A stretch of DNA of 20,422 nt from an uncultured Candidatus Saccharibacteria bacterium (lineage in GTDB: Bacteria; Patescibacteriota; Andersenbacteria; UBA10190; CAIZMI01). Below, in pieces: positions 5,882 to 14,077 of this stretch. Made by a program: the position numbers and the translations under genes. The stretch's first letter is position 1, and each line of letters starts with the position of its first letter. The DNA is taken from positions 1-20,422 of the forward strand of contig CAYNDL010000016.1 in NCBI GenBank assembly GCA_964396115.1. Reading direction: 5' to 3'. The notes under the pieces were generated by a model. The model had not been told where the DNA came from. It saw only the letters and a list, made by a program, of their open reading frames with translations, and made no database searches.

Positions 5882-6860
5882 AAGCCAGCTCGCGGCGTGT
5901 CAACGAGTCCACTGGAACTTTTTGTAACTTTGTTTTTCGGTATATGTGTAGGTATTCGTCCGCTACTTGGTCCCATGAGAAAAGACGAGCAGTGTATTGA
6001 GCAAGTCTGCGTGCTTCAACTTTCGCTTGTTTGTATTTTTCATGCTGCTCCTTGAGGGCAGCGCGAACAAGTTTGGAGGAGTAACCAGGAATAAATGACG
6101 CATTATTGCGCAATGCCTCCTGGTGTTCGGGAGTTTCGATACTTATAATCGGTGCTTCGTAAAGCGCGAGCTGTCTAACAGTCCCCGCGAATCGGAGTGG
6201 CTGCAGGAGAAGAATCGAATGGGCGCGTCGAAGTAATTCCTTGTTCTGTGTATCAAATATCCTCTGCTCGTCGGTTATGTTTAACATTTCAATATTTTCG
6301 CCCTTGATTTGTTTGATGTATTTCCGAACACGCAAAAACGTTTCCGCTGAGGAAATAATCACAACGATTCTTTTGCCTATCTTTCTTTTGATCCCTAAAG
6401 TAACTGCCTGCGGGACATAACGGGGAAGAGTATGGAAGCGACGGAACGTAACGTATTGCAGCATCTTTTGAGTAGTCACCACCTGGTCAGCCAGACGGAT
6501 GCCGAACCATGTGCCGAAGCGGATGTACGTTCTTTGCAGGAATCTTTTTTCTGGTTGGAATTCCTCCTGGTCATGCAAGGAAAATATTACCGATGAACCG
6601 AAACGTAATTTTGCGGCGGGGAGCAAAAAGGCGGTGAAGGCACCATGAAAATCGAAGATGTCGGCTTTTGCGAAGAGAATCTTGAAGAAGGAACCAAAAC
6701 CTTTTTTTATGATTCGTGCTTCATGACCAAGTTTTTTGTATTCCCACAATAATTGCAGAACAGTCTGCTGTTCAAATTCTGATGGTTTTTTCCGTATAAT
6801 TAGAACGATGGACGCCATGAAATGCCAAACTAACAGATGGTGGTCGGGAACGTCAAACAA
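5880..6860 (-). CDS. GT-B fold glycosyltransferase (GT4-like, divergent); the true start may be the internal Met 15 (MASIVLIIRKK...)
   Basis: The C-terminal ...FSWDQVADEYLHIY resembles the conserved SWE/D..A..Y..Y tail of GT4 glycosyltransferases. A YEAPIIS segment sits at the usual E-x7-E position, with a Rossmann-like alternation. Family assignment is by motif memory only. Confidence 0.5.
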   Translation of the reverse strand: MFDVPDHHLLVWHFMASIVLIIRKKPSEFEQQTVLQLLWEYKKLGHEARIIKKGFGSFFKILFAKADIFDFHGAFTAFLLPAAKLRFGSSVIFSLHDQEEFQPEKRFLQRTYIRFGTWFGIRLADQVVTTQKMLQYVTFRRFHTLPRYVPQAVTLGIKRKIGKRIVVIISSAETFLRVRKYIKQIKGENIEMLNITDEQRIFDTQNKELLRRAHSILLLQPLRFAGTVRQLALYEAPIISIETPEHQEALRNNASFIPGYSSKLVRAALKEQHEKYKQAKVEARRLAQYTARLFSWDQVADEYLHIYRKTKLQKVPVDSLTRRELA

Positions 6861-6935
6861 TCTTGGTTGAAGAGAATAGTCTAAACATTAAACTCTTGAC
6901 ATAACCCTCATTGTGGGGTAAAGGAGAAAATAACT

Positions 6936-9632
6936 ATGGCAACAACAACATGTGAAAATTGCAAAATTCGGCCAGCTGCTCTAACGCTTCTGCGCACCGT
7001 TAATGGAAAGGAACAACGGATGAATCTTTGTCATACCTGCGCAGAGGATTTGCAGGTCTTTGGTTCAGAATTTGCTGATTTCGGGTCCTTCTTTAATGAC
7101 CCTTTTCTTGGTGCCCGGCGCGTTCCAGGCTGGCAGCCTCGAGAAGAAGAAAGAGTAAACATATTGGAAATGTTTGCGGAACGTGCTAAGGGAGTGGTGG
7201 CGAAAGCTGCCGCCGTAGCTCAGGAGAGAGGGGTAAAATATCTGGACACGGAACACTTGTTGATTGGGGTAGCGGAGGAACCTGAAGTGGGAGCTAAATT
7301 GTTGAAAGCATTAGATGTAAATCCTGATGACCTTATCAGTTACTTAAAAGAGAATACCCCGGCCGGGGAACCTCACACTGCTGAACCAGAACTTTCTCCC
7401 CGCGCGAAGCAGGCATTGGAGCTCGCTTTCCATGCTTCCAGGAATCTTGAGCATGACTATGTTGGAAGTGAACACATTTTGCTTGGCTTGATTATGGAAG
7501 AGGAAGGTTTAGCCGCCCAGACTTTAAAGAAGTACGGCATTACTGAAGTAAAAGCGAGACAGGCACTGTTATCTTTAGTCGGAGCGAAAGGAAAGAAGAA
7601 AGGACCCGTTGTGGAGAAAAGTAAGACGCCGACTTTAGACGAATATTCACGGGATCTTACTCAATTAGCGCATGAGAATAAACTAGATCCGGTTATCGGA
7701 AGGGCATCGGAAGTGCAGCGCGTTATCCAAATTTTGAGCAGACGTACAAAAAATAATCCCGTGTTGATTGGTGAACCTGGTGTTGGTAAAACGGCCATAG
7801 CAGAAGGACTTGCAGCCCGCATAGCAGCAGGAACTGTGCCAGAAGTTTTGAATGGTAAAAGAGTACTATCGCTTGATTTGCCAGGCATGCTGGCTGGTAC
7901 AAAGTACCGCGGTGAATTCGAGGAAAGATTGAAAAAAGTAATCGATGAAATACAAAAAGCCCAAGGAGGGATAATCTTGTTCATCGATGAGCTTCACACA
8001 GTCGTTGGGGCAGGTTCAACAGGGGAAGGTGGCGGGCTAGATGCCGCGAATATTTTGAAACCGGCATTAGCTCGAGGGGAACTGCAGGCAATCGGCGCTA
8101 CGACACTAAACGAATACAGGAAATACATCGAAAAAGATGCGGCGCTCGAAAGACGTTTCCAGCCAGTCATGGTGGCAGAGCCGTCAGTTGCCGATTCGAT
8201 CGAAATTTTACGTGGACTGAAGGATCGCTATGAAGCGCACCATAAAGTCAGAATTACTGATGAAGCAATCCAGGCAGCCGCAGTTCTCTCGGACAAATAT
8301 TTACGCGATAGGTTTCTGCCTGATAAAGCAATTGATCTAATGGATGAAGCAGCAGCTAAAGTTCGATTGTCCGCCCTTGAGCAGCCGGAAGAGATGTCTC
8401 ACAAGGAAGTTGAAATCAAACGTTTGAAGCGGGAGAAGGCAGCGGCGCAACGTGCAAATAATAAGGAGAAAACTAAGACTTTAACTGCCGAATTGGAGAA
8501 GTTAAACAAAGAGATTGCTGACATGCAATCACAATGGCACAAGCGACGTGGAACTACTGACCTTGAAGTTCTTGCTTCGGATATTGAACAGATCATCGCG
8601 CAGTGGACAGGTATCCCTGTAGAAAAACTGTCTGCATCGGAACTGGATCGTTTGCTGAACCTGGAACAACTACTGCACCAAAGAGTGATTGCCCAGGAAG
8701 AGGCGATTAGAGTTGTATCGGAAGCAATTCGGAGGGCCCGTGCAGGAATGAAAGATCCTAAACGTCCTATCGGCTCGTTCTTGTTCCTAGGCCCAACGGG
8801 AGTGGGGAAGACCGAATTGTCCCGTGCTCTAGCCAACACATTATTCGGCGACGACAATGCGATGATCAGAATTGATATGTCTGAATACATGGAGAAACAT
8901 TCAGTCGCTCGCTTGATTGGATCTCCTCCTGGATACGTGGGTTATGAAGAAGGCGGACAGCTAACCGAAAGGGTTAGAAGAAAGCCCTACAGTGTAATCT
9001 TGCTGGACGAGATAGAAAAAGCTCATCCGGACATTATGAATGTCCTGCTTCAGGTACTGGATGATGGACGGCTAACGGATGGCAAAGGAAAGACGGTAGA
9101 TTTCAAAAATACAATTATTATTGCGACTTCCAATGTCGGAAGTAAGGAAATCCACGAAGCCACTTCTTTGGGTGTCCCTAATTCGGATGTTTGGAACAAG
9201 CTTAAACAGGCTTTATTGGAGCATCTTAAGGAAGTGTTTCGTCCGGAATTTTTGAATCGCTTGGATGAGATCGTTGTCTTCCATGCCTTAACAAAGGCCA
9301 ATGTTCAACAGATAACCGATCTTATTTTGCAGGAAGTAAGCCGTCGCATGCATGCGCAAGGGTATACATTAAAGGTTAGCGAAGATGTGAGAAATCGCCT
9401 CGCGCAAGATGGTTTTGATCCCAGTTTTGGCGCACGTCAGCTGCGGAGGGAAGTGCAACGTCGTCTCGAAAATCCTTTGGCGACGGCGTTGCTTAGACAA
9501 ACGTTTCCTCGCGGAGCGGAAATAACTGCGCAATTAAATGGGGACGATGTTGAATTTGTGGTCGGGAAAGGGTCTGGGAATAAGGGAAGAGGAGTTCACA
9601 CTAGGAAAAAGCCGGAAAAAGTGGGAAGTTGA
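6936..9632 (+). CDS. clpC: ClpC-type Clp/Hsp100 class I AAA+ chaperone/unfoldase with an extra N-terminal Cys4 zinc ribbon
   Basis: Two Clp_N repeats. Walker A GEPGVGKT in D1 and GPTGVGKT in D2. The coiled-coil M-domain is short, which is ClpC-like rather than ClpB-like. The D2-small domain is present. The N-terminus has CxxC-x22-CxxC (CENC...CHTC). LGV (residues 745-747) sits where ClpC usually has the ClpP-binding VGF loop. An AGGAG SD precedes the ATG. Confidence 0.9.
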   Translation: MATTTCENCKIRPAALTLLRTVNGKEQRMNLCHTCAEDLQVFGSEFADFGSFFNDPFLGARRVPGWQPREEERVNILEMFAERAKGVVAKAAAVAQERGVKYLDTEHLLIGVAEEPEVGAKLLKALDVNPDDLISYLKENTPAGEPHTAEPELSPRAKQALELAFHASRNLEHDYVGSEHILLGLIMEEEGLAAQTLKKYGITEVKARQALLSLVGAKGKKKGPVVEKSKTPTLDEYSRDLTQLAHENKLDPVIGRASEVQRVIQILSRRTKNNPVLIGEPGVGKTAIAEGLAARIAAGTVPEVLNGKRVLSLDLPGMLAGTKYRGEFEERLKKVIDEIQKAQGGIILFIDELHTVVGAGSTGEGGGLDAANILKPALARGELQAIGATTLNEYRKYIEKDAALERRFQPVMVAEPSVADSIEILRGLKDRYEAHHKVRITDEAIQAAAVLSDKYLRDRFLPDKAIDLMDEAAAKVRLSALEQPEEMSHKEVEIKRLKREKAAAQRANNKEKTKTLTAELEKLNKEIADMQSQWHKRRGTTDLEVLASDIEQIIAQWTGIPVEKLSASELDRLLNLEQLLHQRVIAQEEAIRVVSEAIRRARAGMKDPKRPIGSFLFLGPTGVGKTELSRALANTLFGDDNAMIRIDMSEYMEKHSVARLIGSPPGYVGYEEGGQLTERVRRKPYSVILLDEIEKAHPDIMNVLLQVLDDGRLTDGKGKTVDFKNTIIIATSNVGSKEIHEATSLGVPNSDVWNKLKQALLEHLKEVFRPEFLNRLDEIVVFHALTKANVQQITDLILQEVSRRMHAQGYTLKVSEDVRNRLAQDGFDPSFGARQLRREVQRRLENPLATALLRQTFPRGAEITAQLNGDDVEFVVGKGSGNKGRGVHTRKKPEKVGS

Positions 9633-9656
9633 GCATTTTAAACAAGACAGTTGCCG

Positions 9657-9687
9657 GGTAGGCTAGTGGCCTACCTTGCTTCTTTTT
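9657..9687 (+). terminator. Rho-independent terminator of clpC
   Basis: GGTAGGC(9657-9663) tagtg GCCTACC(9669-9675), followed by a T-rich tail TTGCTTCTTTTT. Confidence 0.7.
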
Positions 9688-9717
9688 AGCCTATATGTTA
9701 CGTTATACGCCATAAGT

Positions 9718-9987
9718 ATGAGCAAAGTAGACGCGGAAAAACCGAAAATTATTCAGAAGTACCGTTTGCATGACTCCGATACAGGGTCTCCTGAAGTTCA
9801 AATCGCGATCTTCACCGAGAAGATCTCTGAGTTGACAGAGCACCTGAAGAGTCACAAGAAGGACCAACATTCCCGCAGGGGCTTATTGGGAATGGTGAGC
9901 AAAAGGAAACGCCTGCTTACTTACTTGCAGCGCGAAGATCCTTCTCGGTACTCACAAATCATAAAAAAACTCAAGCTTAAAGGGTAA
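9718..9987 (+). CDS. rpsO: 30S ribosomal protein S15
   Basis: [71 protein letters not shown]... matches the S15 signature ([22 protein letters not shown]). The rpsO-pnp synteny is conserved. The six-frame ORF is TTG-extended upstream. ATG 9718 is preferred, and it lies 30 nt after the clpC terminator. Confidence 0.85.
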   Translation: MSKVDAEKPKIIQKYRLHDSDTGSPEVQIAIFTEKISELTEHLKSHKKDQHSRRGLLGMVSKRKRLLTYLQREDPSRYSQIIKKLKLKG

Positions 9988-10198
9988 GAAGCGTTGGAGG
10001 AATCCCTGAAGCAAGGTTTTAAGGGATCCCTCGGGCGTTCCCTTATCATCATTCGTGCCGTAGCTTTCCAGGAACGCGTATCCTGTTCTTGGTCTCTACA
10101 CACACATGGTTTATTGAAGTGTTGGTACACTTCTCAAAAACCTTGTTGCGTGGCGATCAGAGAAGGGAACGAAGGCAGCGGAAAGAAAGGTAAAAAAT
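9988..10198 (+). promoter_or_regulatory. Structured rpsO-pnp intergenic region / pnp 5' leader (hairpins; likely processing/autoregulation site)
   Basis: 210-nt non-coding gap. It holds imperfect hairpin GGAATCCCT...AGGGATCCC (10000-10035) and perfect hairpin GAAGTG ttggta CACTTC (10118-10135). The E. coli pnp leader is a known RNase III/PNPase autoregulatory target. Confidence 0.35.
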
Positions 10199-12310
10199 AT
10201 GGAATTTCCTAGTTCTCGGGAATTTAAAAAAACCATCGCTGGAGAAGAGTTTATTTTAAAGGTTGGAGGTCTAGCTCCACAAACAGACGCCTCGGTCTCG
10301 TGCCAGGTTGGCGGTACTTTCGTATTGGCAACTGTAGTTATGGCGAGTACAGCGCGGCCCGGTGTCGATTATATGCCACTATTGGTTGAATATGAGGAAA
10401 AGTATTATGCCGCAGGGAAAATAAAAGGTAGCCGTTTTGTTAAAAGGGAAGGTCGACCGACTGACACGGCAATTACGACGAGCCGAATGATCGATAGGGC
10501 GCTTCGTCCACTTTTCCCGGATAACATGTTGAATGATGTCCAGGTTGTAACAACAGTCTTGTCTTACGACGGTGAACACCAAACTGATGTTCCGGCCATG
10601 ATCGCAGCTAGTGCCGCCTTGTCTATCTCACGAGTGCCGTGGGCTGGACCACTTGGCGCGGTACGTGTTGGAAGAGTCGATGGAAAGTTCGTAGTAAATC
10701 CGTTAGTAGCCAGCTTCGATAAAAGTGATCTGGATTTAATTGTCTCAACTACTACCGAGGAAGTGGTGATGCTTGAAGCTGACGGCAAAGAAGTGGCAGA
10801 TGCTGATCTTTTTGAAGCAATCAAATTCGGGCGGGAGGAGTCTGTTGAAATAGCTAAGTTAATTGCGGAAATCCAAAAAGAGATTGGCGTTGCGAAATCC
10901 GAATACATTTCGGCAACCGCGTCGCCTGAACTGACCGAAAAGGTACGAAATGCAGCTTTGCCGACGGCTCAAGAGATCGTAAGTGCTGGTGGCAAGAAAA
11001 TGGATATAGAGAACAAGTTCGCTACTTTGACCGATAAAATTATTGCGGATTTGGCTTTGGAGGCAAATGATGCGAGTTTGGCAAAAAAGGTTGTTCGAGA
11101 CACATACCGGGAAGTCGTCCGTGACTTCATTCTTGATTCTGGAAAACGCGTAAACAACAGGAAGGTTGATGAGGTTCGTGAAATTAAAGCACAGGTAGGA
11201 GTAATTCCAAGAACTCACGGCTCAGCCCTTTTCCAGAGAGGGGAGACGCAGGTTTTAACTACAGTTACCCTCGGTGCTCCCGGTGATTCCATGATCCTGG
11301 ATACAATGATTGATGAGGAGTTCGAGAAACGCTATATGCACTTCTATAATTTCCCCGGTTTTTCTGTACATGAAGTACGGCCGAATCGAGGACCTGGCCG
11401 GCGCGATATCGGACACGGTGCCCTAGCGGAACGAGCACTGGCACGGTTGATTCCGAATAAGGAACAATTCGGCTATACCGTTATGGCAGTTTCTGAAGTT
11501 CTATCGTCTAATGGTTCCAGTTCAATGGGTTCAGCTTGCGGTAGCTCGCTTGCTTTGATGGATGCTGGTGTTCCGGTGCCTGCCACTGTCGCTGGTATTG
11601 CTATGGGGTTGGTAACTGATGAGAAAGGGCAGAATCGTAAGCCTGTGGTTTTGACCGATATCGCTGGAATGGAAGATGAAGGTTGCGATATGGACTTCAA
11701 GGTTGCAGGTACAAGAAATGGTGTTACTGCGTTGCAAGTTGATATCAAGACTCATGGTCTCCCATTGGAGATTATTGAAGAAGCTATCAAGGGAGCTCGA
11801 GTTGCCCGCCTGCACATAATGGAAACCATGGAGGCCGCAATAAAAGAACCAAGAAAAGAGATGTCTCCTTATGCTCCACGTCTCCTCACTATTCGTATAA
11901 ATCCTGAAAAGATCGGTGACCTTATCGGTCCAAAAGGAAAGAATATTAACCAGATTATTGCGGAAACAAAGGTAGATATCGATGTAGAGGATGACGGTCT
12001 GGTAACCATTACTGCGAAAGACGGCGATTCAATGGAAAAAGCTAAACAGATGGTTGAAAGCCTTACTAGGGAAGTTGTTGCTGGTGAACGCTTTGACGGC
12101 CGCGTTACGCGTATTATGAAGTTCGGAGCTTTCGTCGAAGTTCTCCCTGGAAAGGAAGGTCTGGTGCATATCTCAGAGCTAGCCCCTCAACGAGTCAACA
12201 GGGTAGAGGATATCGTTAAAATCGGTGACGTCATTCCTGTTGTGGTGACCGAGATAGACGATCAGGGAAGAATTAACCTTTCTCACAAGCGCGCAAAACA
12301 TGTAAACTAA
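10199..12310 (+). CDS. pnp: Polyribonucleotide nucleotidyltransferase (PNPase): two RNase PH domains, KH and S1
   Basis: 703 aa. Diagnostic motifs include GEEFILKVGGLAPQTDASV, FFQRGETQVLT, HGSALF..., MAVSEVLSSNGSSSMGSACG, KIGDLIGPKGKNI (KH) and the C-terminal S1 GERFDGRVTRIMKFGAFVE. Confidence 0.95.
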   Translation: MEFPSSREFKKTIAGEEFILKVGGLAPQTDASVSCQVGGTFVLATVVMASTARPGVDYMPLLVEYEEKYYAAGKIKGSRFVKREGRPTDTAITTSRMIDRALRPLFPDNMLNDVQVVTTVLSYDGEHQTDVPAMIAASAALSISRVPWAGPLGAVRVGRVDGKFVVNPLVASFDKSDLDLIVSTTTEEVVMLEADGKEVADADLFEAIKFGREESVEIAKLIAEIQKEIGVAKSEYISATASPELTEKVRNAALPTAQEIVSAGGKKMDIENKFATLTDKIIADLALEANDASLAKKVVRDTYREVVRDFILDSGKRVNNRKVDEVREIKAQVGVIPRTHGSALFQRGETQVLTTVTLGAPGDSMILDTMIDEEFEKRYMHFYNFPGFSVHEVRPNRGPGRRDIGHGALAERALARLIPNKEQFGYTVMAVSEVLSSNGSSSMGSACGSSLALMDAGVPVPATVAGIAMGLVTDEKGQNRKPVVLTDIAGMEDEGCDMDFKVAGTRNGVTALQVDIKTHGLPLEIIEEAIKGARVARLHIMETMEAAIKEPRKEMSPYAPRLLTIRINPEKIGDLIGPKGKNINQIIAETKVDIDVEDDGLVTITAKDGDSMEKAKQMVESLTREVVAGERFDGRVTRIMKFGAFVEVLPGKEGLVHISELAPQRVNRVEDIVKIGDVIPVVVTEIDDQGRINLSHKRAKHVN

Positions 12311-12345
12311 AAGAGATAGGGTTTTCCCCAAGACACCAAACAAAA

Positions 12346-14028
12346 ATGAATCAAGACCAACAACGCGAAATTCCCAAAACACCGCAAAAGGCAGCAGAAG
12401 AAGCTCTTTCTGCTACTTTTGCTATGCCTTTTATTCGCACTATGGCCGACGACCTTCTTGAGGCATCGCGGGGAACGCCTCCGGTTGTACAGCAGGTGCC
12501 AGTTAACGGAGTAACCCCACAAAGGAATGCAGAACCTAATAATGCTCCTGAGGTATTTTATGGCGATCCCAGGAAGGCTAATATTCCGATTCCACAAGTT
12601 AGGATTGGGGGCGTTGCAAAGTCACAGCAGCAAGTTAAGGGGAACGAAGTTTTTCTACCTGAAACTGAGAAAAGGAAGGGTGTTGGTCTAAGTTTGGTAG
12701 TTGGTGTCATTCTTGCTTTAGTTATATGTGGCGGTGTCTGGGGCTCGTGGCTTTTGTGGCCACGTGAATCGGGAACAATAGCTGACAAAATTCCGGCAGA
12801 GGCGGTCGCTTTTATGAATGTGAGTCGGGAAAAAGGCGTGTTGCAGCAGGTCGCACTTGATAGTTTCATTGGCGATTTTGGCTTAACCAAGGAAAAACTC
12901 GGAGATAGCTGGAACAACATTGTTTACGTAGCGCTTCCCGGTGCATCACCCTCAGAGCCGATAAAGATGCTTCTTGTTGATGGGCAAGCGCCCCAAACTG
13001 ATAACCCAAACATCGTTGTAAAAACTTTGGCCTCTGGCGCTACAGCCTTGATCGAAGCTGCACAATCCGGGAGAGTCGATGGCCTAAGCAATAAACCTCT
13101 CGGCAAAACTAATGACTTTAGGCGTTTGGTGGGTAAGTTGCCTCAAGGAAATGAATATTTGTACATACGGCAGGGGCAAGTGCCGACGTTTTTGAAGTCT
13201 TATGTTTATCTGCCCATAGATGTTGATTATTCAACATTGATAACGTTTGCGTCTGAAATGAAGCAGGGGACAGTGGCGGTATACGGAATGAATAATGGAC
13301 CGAAGAAAAAAGTCAGCAACGAGCAGGTAGTGTGGCAGAACATGTTGAAACCGGTCCCGGTTTCCGTCGTCGCTGCTGCTGGTCACAATAATCTAGAGGC
13401 AAATGTGGATGAGTGGCGCCTGGGTCAGTCCAACAACGCCAAAATGCAAGATTTCTTGAACGCCCTAAATGCTCGTTCCAAGACATTAACGGATCTCAAA
13501 AATGTGACTACGGGTCGTTATGTGGCAGGATCGTTGAGGGAGACAATCGACGGATTTGCTGTAATAGAGTTGAAAGAGAATAGCCGTGAAACTGCAGTTG
13601 CTGGGATGAATGGTCTCGAGGAAGCATTCAATAAACTTGGGCAGCTTATCGGTAATGCATCGTACGCCGATGCCTCGTTTGGAGAAACGTCCTATAAAGA
13701 TGTAACCATCCGTTTTGTGAATTTCGGTGACGCTAACCATACTTTTGACTACGCGGTACTGGACAACTTGTTGGTAGTGTCTACGTCGAAAGATAGTATG
13801 TTTGAATTAATTAATACTTACCAAAATCAAGACCAAGGAGCCTCGTTCATGTCGTTACTTGCAGGGCTTAACGCTGGCGCTGGTCAGTGGCAATATGTAC
13901 GTTTGGACAGTGCTGCCACATCTAAGGTACCAGCACTCTGGGTGACAATTTTCAGGCCTTTTGCGTTCCTATACATCGAACCAAGCAGTACACCCCAGGC
14001 ATTCAGCGGGATTGTGGCAATTCCATAG
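12346..14028 (+). CDS. Large hypothetical membrane-anchored protein (cytoplasmic N-terminus, one TM near residue 110-140, ~420-aa extracytoplasmic domain)
   Basis: 560-aa ORF with TM helix GVGLSLVVGVILALVICGGVWGSWLLW. No SD. No recognisable catalytic motif. A strong terminator follows it. Confidence 0.55.
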   Translation: MNQDQQREIPKTPQKAAEEALSATFAMPFIRTMADDLLEASRGTPPVVQQVPVNGVTPQRNAEPNNAPEVFYGDPRKANIPIPQVRIGGVAKSQQQVKGNEVFLPETEKRKGVGLSLVVGVILALVICGGVWGSWLLWPRESGTIADKIPAEAVAFMNVSREKGVLQQVALDSFIGDFGLTKEKLGDSWNNIVYVALPGASPSEPIKMLLVDGQAPQTDNPNIVVKTLASGATALIEAAQSGRVDGLSNKPLGKTNDFRRLVGKLPQGNEYLYIRQGQVPTFLKSYVYLPIDVDYSTLITFASEMKQGTVAVYGMNNGPKKKVSNEQVVWQNMLKPVPVSVVAAAGHNNLEANVDEWRLGQSNNAKMQDFLNALNARSKTLTDLKNVTTGRYVAGSLRETIDGFAVIELKENSRETAVAGMNGLEEAFNKLGQLIGNASYADASFGETSYKDVTIRFVNFGDANHTFDYAVLDNLLVVSTSKDSMFELINTYQNQDQGASFMSLLAGLNAGAGQWQYVRLDSAATSKVPALWVTIFRPFAFLYIEPSSTPQAFSGIVAIP

Positions 14029-14049
14029 AAATTTAAAAAGTAAAAAACA

Positions 14050-14077
14050 GGAGACACGACTGTCTCCCGTTTTTTTA
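14050..14077 (+). terminator. Rho-independent terminator
   Basis: GGAGACA(14050-14056) cgac TGTCTCC(14061-14067) cg, then T7. Confidence 0.8.

Noticed and set aside
6842-6858. CtsR-like heptad repeat (GGTCGGG aac GTCAAAC) upstream of clpC
   Set aside because: Only the second heptad approximates GGTCAAA; the first matches 4/7. The element lies inside the annotated 5' coding end of the divergent glycosyltransferase. It could be intergenic only if that gene really starts at Met15. This is too weak to call.
9994-10212. 72-aa ORF in the rpsO-pnp intergenic region
   Set aside because: It overlaps the pnp start, has no SD, and lies in a region that is a structured non-coding leader in other bacteria. 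I treated it as non-coding.
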